Assembly (NCBI GenBank): GCA_965205015.1
Contig: OZ242029.1
Coordinates: forward strand, 4,576,001 to 4,640,000
Source: Candidatus Poribacteria bacterium
GTDB taxonomy: Bacteria; Poribacteria; WGA-4E; WGA-3G
Direction of reading: 5' to 3'
Length of the DNA stretch: 64,000 nt
Of the stretch, positions 37,617 to 46,808 are shown one piece after another; the stretch's first letter is position 1; the number at the start of each line of letters is the position of its first letter. The notes under the pieces are model-generated. The model saw only the letters and a list, made by a program, of their open reading frames with translations, was not told the DNA's origin and searched no databases. Position numbers and translations under genes: made by a program.

Positions 37617-38585
37617 CTAATACCGAATGCCGAAAGTCTTATATTCCCCAGTGAACGGACGTTCGTTAACTTCAATCGAATCCACCCTCGCATAACGCGG
37701 ACCCTTCTTTAGCAAAGCGACTAACGCCTCCAACTGCGACTTATCCCCCTCGGCGACGACTTCGACAGTGCCGTTGGGTAGATTCTTGGCATAGCCATTG
37801 ATACCGATCTGCTTCGCGTTCAGTTGTGTGAAATTGCGGAATCCGACGCCTTGCACCTTTCCAGTAATTATCACAAACAGTTGTACTTTCCGGTTGACCT
37901 CAATCGTGAGCATGACAGGTGTCCCAAGTTTTGGCAGTAACGCATCGTTCTTTTTATAGATATTCTCCTCAGAGGATTCAGGAAGCGGATTCTGAAAGAG
38001 CGCACTCGCATCAAAGCGTCTCAAGGCAACAAGGTCATTGCTCATAAACGCCTGCGGGATCATCGCATCCTCATCGTCGCTATCCAAATCTGGCACGATA
38101 CGTGATCCGGAATAGACCCAAGCGACATGTGGCATCGGCTTTTGCGTCTTCACATTGAAAATGAGTTCTTCGGCACGCACCTTCTTCGCTTCACCGCCAT
38201 CCCCCCATTCAACATAGATGAGAAACTCGGTTCCCTTTGGGGATGTCGGTTCATCTTTTTCTTCGTCATAGCCGGGAGGCATTCCTACCGCAACACCAAG
38301 TTTACCAAGCGCGTCATGAACTTCCTTCGCTGTCGCATCGACAACGACAATGCTCTCATACTCCTTGCCATTGCGACCACAAACGAGGTATTCAACCGCT
38401 CCCTTTAAATGTGAATCGTATTCACCAAGTGCTTCAGAAATTTTACCCTTTAAAACGAGCTTCTTCTCTTTCTCCTTGATTTGAAGATGTCCATCTGCCC
38501 ACGCAATATTCGACAGTCCGACAAGACACGCACCGATATAGACGATTACTCCCACCTGCCAAGCATAGGTTTTCACTTCCTTCAT
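37617..38585 (-). CDS. YdjY-like domain fused to acylphosphatase
   Basis: Signal peptide; VEYL.C...GKEYES..V; C-terminal ITGKVQGVGFR and GYAKNLPNGTVEVVAEG acylphosphatase signatures. Confidence 0.8.
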   Translation of the reverse strand: MKEVKTYAWQVGVIVYIGACLVGLSNIAWADGHLQIKEKEKKLVLKGKISEALGEYDSHLKGAVEYLVCGRNGKEYESIVVVDATAKEVHDALGKLGVAVGMPPGYDEEKDEPTSPKGTEFLIYVEWGDGGEAKKVRAEELIFNVKTQKPMPHVAWVYSGSRIVPDLDSDDEDAMIPQAFMSNDLVALRRFDASALFQNPLPESSEENIYKKNDALLPKLGTPVMLTIEVNRKVQLFVIITGKVQGVGFRNFTQLNAKQIGINGYAKNLPNGTVEVVAEGDKSQLEALVALLKKGPRYARVDSIEVNERPFTGEYKTFGIRY

Positions 38586-38644
38586 CAGATGACTCCTTTT
38601 TTAAGGGTTAAAGGTTTTTCGCAGAAAAACCGAACCGATAACTA

Positions 38645-39508
38645 TTAAAAAGTATACCGTAAACCGTTAAATATTTCCACATCATGTTTTTGGATACCGG
38701 TCGGGGGTTCGCTATCGTATCGGAAATTTACTCGGAGCGGAAAGGATAATTTTGTCGTCAGCCGGAATGTAATGCTGCCTTCAAAAAGGACGCGATAGTC
38801 TTGAAAACGTCGGACATAGACCTGATAGTATCCTGTCGCACTCGTCGTGATGCGTTCATCGAGTTGCCCCGTCCAATTGATATAATTCGTTGACCGAACG
38901 ACACGGGTCGTGATCGCGCCACGCGCCTTGTCATTAATGCGTTCGTGTTCCCACATCGCACCGATGCCGAGATAGAGATTAAATCTGGAATCACGCGGAT
39001 GCGAGGCGAACCGAACACCACCGCCTCCCAAATTCCGGTCGCTCAATAAAATAGATTCGTTGAATTGCTTCTGAACAAAGGATTCCAAAAGGAGGTGTTG
39101 CGTCAAATTTCGGATAATTCGAGCGTGTGCCATGCCTTTGTTGATAAAAAACACATTATCCTTTCTACCCTGCTGGAGACTCCCAAAAATAAAGGCGTGA
39201 TACACGTCTGTAAGATAATCCGATCGAAATCGAGTTCGAGTTGTCAGGAGATCTGTGTTACCGGAACGATAGGCTAAATCCAGAGCGATACTGTTATACA
39301 CACCGGATTCCAACTGCATTTGCTTCATGGTTTCACCCGTAAAGATGTTCACCTGTGCTATGAGTGGAGGACAGCAAGCGAGAAATAATATGAAACAGAC
39401 ACCGACAAGTCGATTGCTCTTATTCTGACTGGAATGATTCGAAGGAAAATACAATGGACAAAATCGCTCTGTGGTAGTAAAATCAGTAAAGAAAATGGTA
39501 AAATTCAC
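38645..39508 (-). CDS. DUF481 outer-membrane beta-barrel protein
   Basis: SGNTD, R.LGGGG.R, RYDSEPP, C-terminal LRYTF; start uncertain. Confidence 0.8.
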   Translation of the reverse strand: MNFTIFFTDFTTTERFCPLYFPSNHSSQNKSNRLVGVCFILFLACCPPLIAQVNIFTGETMKQMQLESGVYNSIALDLAYRSGNTDLLTTRTRFRSDYLTDVYHAFIFGSLQQGRKDNVFFINKGMAHARIIRNLTQHLLLESFVQKQFNESILLSDRNLGGGGVRFASHPRDSRFNLYLGIGAMWEHERINDKARGAITTRVVRSTNYINWTGQLDERITTSATGYYQVYVRRFQDYRVLFEGSITFRLTTKLSFPLRVNFRYDSEPPTGIQKHDVEIFNGLRYTF

Positions 39509-39541
39509 CTTCTAAAAATATATCAAAATAGGAAGACACAC

Positions 39542-40501
39542 ATGCAACGCATCCTTATAGATACGGATCCGGGGGTAGACGATGCCCTTGCGATTCTCCT
39601 CGCACTGCTTTCGCCCGAATTACAGATAGAGGCAATAACAACTGTCTGTGGAAACGTTCCTGTCACACAGGGGACAGAGAATCTGTTAAGAATTCTTGAG
39701 GTGCTCGATTTGGTGGAATTCCCACTGATTGCTCAAGGCGAATCACAACCGCTCGTCAAATCCCTCGTGACAGCGGCGCATGTCCACGGTGATGACGGTT
39801 TAGGGAATATTAGTCAACTACGAAATGCCGATGGGAGTCCGCTGTATCCACCCGCTGACACACATATCTCACCTACTTCAGGGGTTGATCTCATTCTTGA
39901 GATGGTAACACGTTATCCAGCGGAACTCACACTCGTCGCCCTCGGTCCGCTGACAAACGTCGCTAAGGCAATTCGCAAAGACCCAGCAAACATGCAACGA
40001 CTGCAGAAGATTGTTGTGATGGGCGGTGCGTTTGAAGACTACGGTAATGTCACAACGACCGCTGAATTTAACATATTCGTCGATCCACATGCAGCCCAGG
40101 AAGTCTTTCACGCCAATATCCCAATCGACATTGCACCGCTCGACGTAACCCATCAAGTTGTTTTAACCGGTGAACGCTTGCACGCTGAACTTGACAATCG
40201 ATCTGACAGAATTTCCCAATTCCTCAAGGATGCGACACACGTCTGTATGGAATTTTATCGTCAATACGTTGGGTTCTGGGGGTTTCATATCCACGACGCA
40301 CTCCCGATCGGTATGCTTACACACCCAGACTATTTTGAAAGTGTTGCGGCTTATGTGCAAGTGGAAACGGAAGGTGCTTTAACAAACGGCATGACAGTGT
40401 CCGATCTACGTCCTGAACGTCGATCTCCGCATCCAAATGCCCAAGTCTGCATTAAGGTAGCAGCGGAGGCGTTTCTGGATCATTTTTTTGAGCGGCTTTA
40501 G
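39542..40501 (+). CDS. Nucleoside hydrolase (IU-NH family)
   Basis: DTDPGVDDALA, GN, VHGDDGLG, LGPLTN, AEFNIFVDP, HDA. Confidence 0.95.
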   Translation: MQRILIDTDPGVDDALAILLALLSPELQIEAITTVCGNVPVTQGTENLLRILEVLDLVEFPLIAQGESQPLVKSLVTAAHVHGDDGLGNISQLRNADGSPLYPPADTHISPTSGVDLILEMVTRYPAELTLVALGPLTNVAKAIRKDPANMQRLQKIVVMGGAFEDYGNVTTTAEFNIFVDPHAAQEVFHANIPIDIAPLDVTHQVVLTGERLHAELDNRSDRISQFLKDATHVCMEFYRQYVGFWGFHIHDALPIGMLTHPDYFESVAAYVQVETEGALTNGMTVSDLRPERRSPHPNAQVCIKVAAEAFLDHFFERL

Positions 40502-40511
40502 TTCCAAGGGC

Positions 40512-40536
40512 GGGCACCCACAAGGGATGCCCCTAC
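40512..40536. repeat. GTAG-REP-like hairpin between convergent genes
   Basis: GGGCACCCACAAGGGATGCCCCTAC. Confidence 0.7.
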
Positions 40537-40568
40537 AAGGCTGATTCTATCGGCTGGCAAAGTCTATG

Positions 40569-41831
40569 CTACAAAAAAGTATTGCTTTCAAATAGAACAT
40601 TTGGATTGGTTTTGCCCCGGACGAATACGGCTTTCCCATCGGTTTGAAAACGGTTGTTATAGAAACGGATGTTGCGAATGCCTTCGCTCACACAATCAAC
40701 CGCGGCAGGGTTTCCATTAGCAGCGCGCGTTGTGGAGATTGTGTTAGCGTAAAAAGTTGTGTCCGTGATACCGCCGCTTGCGCCGGTAGACCAGAGGTGA
40801 ATACCGCCATAACGATTCTTCCGACCATCGTTTACACTCACATTGTGGCGAAGGACGTTCCCATAAAACGCACGGGCATCGCTGAATTGCGCCAGCAAAT
40901 ATCCGGGTCCATCGTTATCGTGGGAATAGTTATGCTGAACCGTCGAATTCCGCACACCACCGTCCAGATCGAACCCGCCCCCATCTTTACTGCTACCTGT
41001 CCGGTTGTGATGAGATTCATTGAACTGAATGACAACGCGGTTGGCGTCCCATGCCCAGATTCCAACGGGACCACCGCCTTCGTAATCGTTTAAACCACCA
41101 TTTTCGTAAGCACGGCACCGCTCAATTACCGCTCCATCTACCTGTGCGAGGACAATGCCGTTCCCTGAGTGACTCCCCTTGCCAGGGATGCCCGCGTTCT
41201 TATAGACGCTGCAATTGCCGAGATAAAAGTCGGCATGTGCATATCCCTCGCGCTCCGGATTCCACACACCGATACAACTGATACCTGCGTCACCGTTGTC
41301 ATGGCTGGTGGTGTATGTAATGTTGACATCACGGAAACCGCTCCAACTCCCATCTGGGGGTTCTGCCACGAAGCGGATCCCAGAATGCTTGAAATCGCTG
41401 ACATCGACGCGATGTATCCGAATATCTCGCAGCTTAATCCCACCGGGAAGTGTATTCATGAACAGGATGCCGGAATTGGTATTCTCAAACGCGCCAGCAC
41501 CGACAAAGTTGAGTTTGCTTAGGTGAACGCCTCCCATATTCTTGGCTATAAAACCGGTACCCTCTCCTGCGTCGATGGTGGCTCTACCGGATCCGTAGGA
41601 GCTTATTGTTACGGCGCACGGCGTGTGTCTACTGCTTTTTGTTACGGCACACGGCGTGTGCCTACTACTTTGCAGACGGAGACTTCCGGGGAAGGTTTGT
41701 TTGGCTTGAAATAGGACAGCATCACCCGGTAACACCTGAGCGGCATTTACGCGTGCAATACTTTGCCACGGGCATGTTTCGGATGTGCCGAGGTTTGAAT
41801 CGTCACCGAACAAACTCACGTAGTAATTCAT
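40569..41831 (-). CDS. Right-handed parallel beta-helix (pectin lyase-like) protein
   Basis: YYVS..GDD.N.G.S..PW.SI.RVN; repeated N.SHDN.G; DGGGFDLD. Confidence 0.85.
   Translation of the reverse strand: MNYYVSLFGDDSNLGTSETCPWQSIARVNAAQVLPGDAVLFQAKQTFPGSLRLQSSRHTPCAVTKSSRHTPCAVTISSYGSGRATIDAGEGTGFIAKNMGGVHLSKLNFVGAGAFENTNSGILFMNTLPGGIKLRDIRIHRVDVSDFKHSGIRFVAEPPDGSWSGFRDVNITYTTSHDNGDAGISCIGVWNPEREGYAHADFYLGNCSVYKNAGIPGKGSHSGNGIVLAQVDGAVIERCRAYENGGLNDYEGGGPVGIWAWDANRVVIQFNESHHNRTGSSKDGGGFDLDGGVRNSTVQHNYSHDNDGPGYLLAQFSDARAFYGNVLRHNVSVNDGRKNRYGGIHLWSTGASGGITDTTFYANTISTTRAANGNPAAVDCVSEGIRNIRFYNNRFQTDGKAVFVRGKTNPNVLFESNTFL
41608..41670. repeat. Two tandem 33-bp REP-like units in-frame (SSRHTPCAVT x2)
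   Basis: GTTACGGC[GA]CACGGCGTGTG[TC]CTACT repeated at 41608 and 41641. Confidence 0.85.
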
Positions 41832-41841
41832 CGCAAACCGC

Positions 41842-42492
41842 TTAAAATACGTTCACGCCACCCAGTGGATGGCTCGGAATATAGCGGAGGTCGTTGTATG
41901 GATCGCGCTGGAGCATCATTGGCACCTCTAACTTCGGAAGTTTCAGTTCAGCGAATTTAACGCGTTGCTGGGGGGTCAGTTCTGCCGCGATTTCCTCAAT
42001 GATGTCCTTAATCTCGTCGAGATAAATCTCGCGTTGCTTTAGAAACTTCCGTGCCTCGTCTCTGAATTGGTTTAGTTCCCGCCGAGAACGCGTATCCATG
42101 AACCCACTTTCGTAGCGATCATAGTATCGTTGCGTCATACCCGCTCGAAATACCTGATAATCCACCTCTAACTGTTTCTTCTCAAAATCGTAATCATCAA
42201 CAATATCACGGATAAGTTTCAGTTTCGGGTGAATTGTCTGCTGCTGTGCCGTTGTGAGTTGCAATGCCGCTGAACTCTTGGATATATCGATCAGTTTGAG
42301 TCCGCCACACGCTTGCAAAAAACCGCAGAGCAGTAAAATGAAGAAGGGGATAGAAGCATGGAAGACTGGAAGCATGGAAGACTGGAAGGTTCCCCCCTCT
42401 TCCAACCTTCCAACCTTCCAGTGAATGCCTTCCAATCTCAGGAGCAAACGAAGAAATCCTGTGTCAGTCCTACAAGTCATACAAGTCACCAT
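41842..42492 (-). CDS. Hypothetical helical lipoprotein (Spy/CpxP-like), start uncertain
   Basis: Lipobox FLQA-C; LT..QQ and ELTPQQR motifs. Confidence 0.7.
   Translation of the reverse strand: MVTCMTCRTDTGFLRLLLRLEGIHWKVGRLEEGGTFQSSMLPVFHASIPFFILLLCGFLQACGGLKLIDISKSSAALQLTTAQQQTIHPKLKLIRDIVDDYDFEKKQLEVDYQVFRAGMTQRYYDRYESGFMDTRSRRELNQFRDEARKFLKQREIYLDEIKDIIEEIAAELTPQQRVKFAELKLPKLEVPMMLQRDPYNDLRYIPSHPLGGVNVF
42353..42420. repeat. Inverted octamer tandem repeat element
   Basis: (GAAGNNTG)x4 then (TTCCAACC)x2-3 in inverted orientation. Confidence 0.75.
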
Positions 42493-43975
42493 ATTTCGCT
42501 CGGAGGTAGGCTATATACGGTTCAATGGAGAGAGGGCCTCCAGTTGCGCGTTGAATAATTTCCGGTGCCGTATACTTCGATCCGTGCTGGTAAAGATTTT
42601 CTTTCAACCAATCGTGGAGCGTAGTAAACTCGCCATTTTCAATTTCAGATGGAATTTCAGTGTGTGCCTCGCATGCGGCTGAGAAGAATTGTGCCCCCAA
42701 AATATTGCCCAACGTATAGCCCTGAAATGAACCCCCAATCAACCCATAATACCAATGGACATCTTGCAAAACGCCATCTTTATCATCAGGAGGGACGATG
42801 CCGAAATCGGCTTCAAACCGTTCACGCCATGCACCCGGCAAATCTCGAATCTCCAAATTGCCTTCCAAGAGTGCCAGTTCGAAATCGAAACGCAACATGA
42901 CGTGTAGATTGTATGTAACTTCGTCCGCATTTGTCCGAATGAGAGAGCGTTCCACCTTATTAATGGCGCGGTGAAACGTCCGTAAGGGGACGGAACCCAG
43001 CTGCTCAGGAAAAACGCTTTGGAGTTGCGGATAGAAATGCTGCCAAAACCCTCGGCTCCGTCCGACAATATTTTCCCAAAGCCTCGACTGACTCTCATGC
43101 ACGCCCGATGAAGTACCACTCGCGAGCGGTGTGCCTTCCAAGTCCATGCGAATCCCCTGTTCATAGAGAGCATGCCCGGTTTCGTGTAGCGTGCTGAAGA
43201 GCGCATCGCCAAGGAAATTCTCTTTTGTACGGGTTGTGATCCGCACGTCGCCAAGCGAGAATTTTGTCATAAATGGGTGGTGTGTCTTATCTTGGCGACC
43301 TCGATTCAAGTCGTAACCGAACTTTTGAGCAACCTCTAAACCAAACGCGAGCTGCTTGTCCTCAGGAAAGTGTTGGTGCAAACAGGAATCGTCGGCGAGT
43401 GCTTGCGATGTAATGGCAGCAGCAATCGGCACAAGTTCCTGCCGCAATTCCGCAAAGACGCGACTCACATCGGTAGCCTTCATTCCGTAATCGCTGAATT
43501 CAATGAGTGGATCGGCGATGTGCTCATACCCCGGAAAGAATTCTGCCGCCTGTCGGCTATAATCCAGTGTTTTTTCGAGATAGGGACGTACCCGCTCAAA
43601 GTCGTTCGCGGGACGTGCTTCCGTCCACACTTGATAAGACTCCGATGTGTGGTTGGTCACCTCTGCCATGAATTCAGCAGGGATTTTGGTAGCCCATTCG
43701 TAGTCTCTACGCGTAACACGGAGCAGACTTGCTGCATCGGAATCGTAAGCGAGACTTTTTTCATACGGTTCGAGGGTGTCGAGTAACCTTCCTACTTCGG
43801 GATCGGTAAACTTTTCGTGTGCCAATCGGCGAAGTGTCGCACTTTGCCGTCCCCGAGCCGGGGCACCCCCGGGTGGCATATACGTGGTTTGATCCCAGTA
43901 GAGGAGTCCGGCGGCGGACGATATATCATCCACCTCAAGCAGCCGGGCTTTGAGTTGTTGGAATTTGGACTGCAT
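42470..43975 (-). CDS. Carboxypeptidase M32 (Taq) family
   Basis: L.WDQ.T.MP.GG, HPF, DVRITTR, HETGHALYEQ, HESQSR.WEN, LQDVHW. Confidence 0.97.
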   Translation of the reverse strand: MQSKFQQLKARLLEVDDISSAAGLLYWDQTTYMPPGGAPARGRQSATLRRLAHEKFTDPEVGRLLDTLEPYEKSLAYDSDAASLLRVTRRDYEWATKIPAEFMAEVTNHTSESYQVWTEARPANDFERVRPYLEKTLDYSRQAAEFFPGYEHIADPLIEFSDYGMKATDVSRVFAELRQELVPIAAAITSQALADDSCLHQHFPEDKQLAFGLEVAQKFGYDLNRGRQDKTHHPFMTKFSLGDVRITTRTKENFLGDALFSTLHETGHALYEQGIRMDLEGTPLASGTSSGVHESQSRLWENIVGRSRGFWQHFYPQLQSVFPEQLGSVPLRTFHRAINKVERSLIRTNADEVTYNLHVMLRFDFELALLEGNLEIRDLPGAWRERFEADFGIVPPDDKDGVLQDVHWYYGLIGGSFQGYTLGNILGAQFFSAACEAHTEIPSEIENGEFTTLHDWLKENLYQHGSKYTAPEIIQRATGGPLSIEPYIAYLRAKYGDLYDL

Positions 43976-44257
43976 ACTATGCTCCTATTGTAACCCAAGT
44001 TGCTACGGACAAGATTTCGGGTGTGCGAACCCCGTTTTTCAGTGAAAAGCGTTCATGCGCCGCGAAGGTCTTGTCGCGTAAACTTTTCGTTTGCGCATCC
44101 ACGGACACAAACTGGAAAGATTGTGCTACGAGTGGCACAATCTCACAGTTTATGCACTCAGGCACAGGAGACCCATGGTTCCCTATGCTACAATTTCAAT
44201 CAGAAATGGTATTATTACTGGATTCAAACCGATTTAGAAAATGTCTGATGTTTACGC

Positions 44258-44953
44258 TTATCGGGCGTTTTTGATGCGTCCCCATGTGGTTGTGAGCTTG
44301 GCTTTAGGGTCTACGGGAAAACTGTCATCGCCGAAGAACTCAATTTCGCCAATTTGAAAGTATGCACCAGCCGGGTTCGATGCGGTGTCAAAAGTAACAT
44401 GCCGAAAAAACCGATACCCGGTTTTTTGAACGTCGTAATCTTCCCCTGCCTCGAAAAGGACGACTTGCAGTCGCTGATCCCAAAAGCTCTTCCCGTCGTG
44501 AGCATAGATAGTCGTAAACTTCTTGCCGTCGTTCGATCCCTGAACCTCCCACACTGTAGGGTCCCTCGGAGGAACATCGTTCGCTGAAGATACGGTGAAG
44601 TGGGTCAATGCGTACTGCTCCTCAAACTCCGCTGTCACGTGTAGACCTTCTTTCGGAATGCCGCCCCCACGTCCGCAGCACCATTTGTCATTGCTGGGGC
44701 CAAGGCGGTTATCGAAGACGTTAAACGCAAATTCACCGCCCGCGAATCCGGGTTCATCGTTGGCTGAGAAAGTGGCGTTGTAACCTTTATCTGCTTCAGG
44801 TTCACCATCGTCTTCTGGGTCGGTTAGGTCGCCTCCCAGCAGTGAATCCGTTCCTGTTCCCAAGACTTCCTCCGCCTGTGCCATATCGCTCGTGCTGATA
44901 ACAAAACAGGTTATCATCAACACAAAACCTACTAATACCAACATAATTTTCAT
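44258..44953 (-). CDS. Secreted galactose-binding-like (discoidin/F5-8C-like) domain protein with C-terminal TWG tail
   Basis: Signal peptide; FD......KW, SANDVP.RDP..W..QGSNDG, Y.FFR, QIGEIEF; ends PVDPKAKLTTTWGRIK. Confidence 0.8.
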   Translation of the reverse strand: MKIMLVLVGFVLMITCFVISTSDMAQAEEVLGTGTDSLLGGDLTDPEDDGEPEADKGYNATFSANDEPGFAGGEFAFNVFDNRLGPSNDKWCCGRGGGIPKEGLHVTAEFEEQYALTHFTVSSANDVPPRDPTVWEVQGSNDGKKFTTIYAHDGKSFWDQRLQVVLFEAGEDYDVQKTGYRFFRHVTFDTASNPAGAYFQIGEIEFFGDDSFPVDPKAKLTTTWGRIKNAR

Positions 44954-45136
44954 GCTGTTCAATCTCCCAGAGAAATGAATCTCACTTTTACGTGAGTTTC
45001 GCACTTCTCATGTTAATTTTAAAATATACTGATAGAATAACACATACACACCCCCATTTTCAAGGAAATGAACAGAATCTTTCAAGGCATCGCACCCCAA
45101 ACACCGTTCAGTCAAGACCTAACGTAGAAAATTTAA

Positions 45137-45175
45137 AGCCCTCCTGCCCCTCTGATAAGGGGATACAGGAGGGCT
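45137..45175. terminator. Hairpin downstream of the LTD protein gene (terminator or REP)
   Basis: AGCCCTCCTG...CAGGAGGGCT stem. Confidence 0.55.
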
Positions 45176-45203
45176 CTTCGATCTGTAGCGGATTAGCCAA
45201 CCG

Positions 45204-46424
45204 TTATTTCTCTGACTGCTTGAGGGATCCCCAGAGTCCTATCTGTTTTCGGAGGAGATGTGGGGCTTGTGGCACAAACGGCTTATGGTAGCCGGGTGTG
45301 CCAATATCCCCTGCTGCCCCGTAGTAATAGTCTGTATCGGTATCAGCTTCGGCATAGCGGGTATAACTCTGTCGCTCCCCATTGACATGCTTTGGGGCAA
45401 CCGGTCGGGATCCTCCAAAATCTTCGCCTGCTTTGGAGATAACACCGCCATTCGCGGTTCTCAAAGCCCAACCTCTTTTCAGCACATTGCCAATCTTCAG
45501 ATCGTAGACCTGATCCTCCGTCACACCGTCAAAACGATTTGGATGAACGGTATGCGTCACAAAGATAACGGCTTTTTCCCCAGGCACGGTGAAGTTGTCA
45601 ACTCGCACATGCTTAAACGTTTTATTGTTGAAATTCTGGTGTGCCACATAACTGAAAAAACAATTATGTAGCAGGATAGGGGTGGAATTCGGATTGTAGA
45701 GTTCAATCCACTGCGGTAGGTTACCGCCGCTGGTCCGACTCCAGTCGCGCACCATATACTCTGTGAGGCGAAGGGGTTGCTGTGTGACTTGCGTTTGCTG
45801 TCGGGCTTGTGTTTGTATCGGTTGTGGGGTGACACCTGTCTGTGGTGGACCTGTCGCTTGGACGGGATTTTGCGTGGGGTTCTGCGTGGGGTTTTGGGGT
45901 GTGCCATCGGGTTGAGCGAGGAGTTCCGGTGTTTTCGTGTCGCCTGGTACTCTGTTTATTCCACCTGTTTCATCTATCTGCACATCGGTGCGAGGTTCCT
46001 CATCAATACGGAAGGGGAGGATTTCTTCGACTTCGATAATTGGTGGTTGTGGGGTATTGATGGATTCCGGTGGTGGAGTCTTCGGGGGTGGTGGATCATC
46101 TGGGTCCTCGAAATCTAAATCTGGGGTGTCGTCAACAAAATCACGGAGTATGTCATCAATCGTATTTCCGTCGTCTCGATCAGCCCTATGGAGTGGACCG
46201 TAGTTGGGGTTAACTTTCGTCGAACCATCGGGACACCGCTTATACAAGCGAGCATGCCTATGCTGCCCTGTTCCAACCGCCCCGTCATCGCTATGACCTG
46301 GAAAGAGACCAGAAGGATGGTTGTCATGTATATGATCTACCCATTCTCCGTCCTCGCATGCACTTCCGCTATCCACTGCAAATAGACACAGGCTTATCAG
46401 CAACAGTCCAATCATTGTTTTCAT
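45204..46424 (-). CDS. Secreted lamin-tail-domain (LTD)-like protein with His-rich N-terminus and Pro/Gln linker
   Basis: AAAGGAG RBS, signal peptide, L.EYM.....PQWIELYN, GTPG; W-containing tail. Confidence 0.82.
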   Translation of the reverse strand: MKTMIGLLLISLCLFAVDSGSACEDGEWVDHIHDNHPSGLFPGHSDDGAVGTGQHRHARLYKRCPDGSTKVNPNYGPLHRADRDDGNTIDDILRDFVDDTPDLDFEDPDDPPPPKTPPPESINTPQPPIIEVEEILPFRIDEEPRTDVQIDETGGINRVPGDTKTPELLAQPDGTPQNPTQNPTQNPVQATGPPQTGVTPQPIQTQARQQTQVTQQPLRLTEYMVRDWSRTSGGNLPQWIELYNPNSTPILLHNCFFSYVAHQNFNNKTFKHVRVDNFTVPGEKAVIFVTHTVHPNRFDGVTEDQVYDLKIGNVLKRGWALRTANGGVISKAGEDFGGSRPVAPKHVNGERQSYTRYAEADTDTDYYYGAAGDIGTPGYHKPFVPQAPHLLRKQIGLWGSLKQSEK

Positions 46425-46480
46425 CGTATATCTCCTTTGAAAGTTCATAATCAACGCTGTATCGGGACACTCCCGATGCA

Positions 46481-46532
46481 ATAAAAATAGCCCGCAACGG
46501 GACACTCCGTCCGAAACAGAATGCCTGCGGGC
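46481..46532 (-). terminator. Intrinsic terminator-like hairpin inside the 5' leader
   Basis: GCCCGCA-GGCATTCTGT..ACGGAGTGTC-TGCGGGC followed by TATTTTTAT on the minus strand, ~57 nt before the start codon. Confidence 0.65.
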
Positions 46533-46779
46533 GCGAAAATACACCGACCCGACAGCGAACTGCCGAGACAGGTCTTGTGAAGTCGTTATGAAGCAAATTA
46601 CTTATCGTTTGTGGTGTAGAAGGGGGGGTAACCTGCTAACAGGTCGACAGAACGCCTCAGAATGCGTATATCTTCACACATACGCAGAGACTTTTTCAAT
46701 TGCGATAGCATACTGCACTTCGTCATTATCGTTCCCAGGTAAAATGTCCGATGCGGACGCAGATTAAGCAACTTGAATT

Positions 46780-46808
46780 ATTATACACAAACACGCGAAA
46801 AATGTCAA
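46780..46808 (-). promoter_or_regulatory. Perfect-consensus sigma70 promoter
   Basis: TTGACA-N17-TATAAT with extended -10 TG. Confidence 0.88.

Noticed and set aside
41608-41670. 33-bp repeats as CRISPR
   Set aside because: Adjacent tandem units without spacers, in-frame inside a CDS.
43977-44165. 62-aa minus-strand ORF with CxxC
   Set aside because: No recognisable family and weak RBS; cannot be supported as a gene.
46425-46544. Upstream extension of the LTD protein ORF
   Set aside because: A strong RBS and signal peptide support ATG 46424; the region is structured leader.
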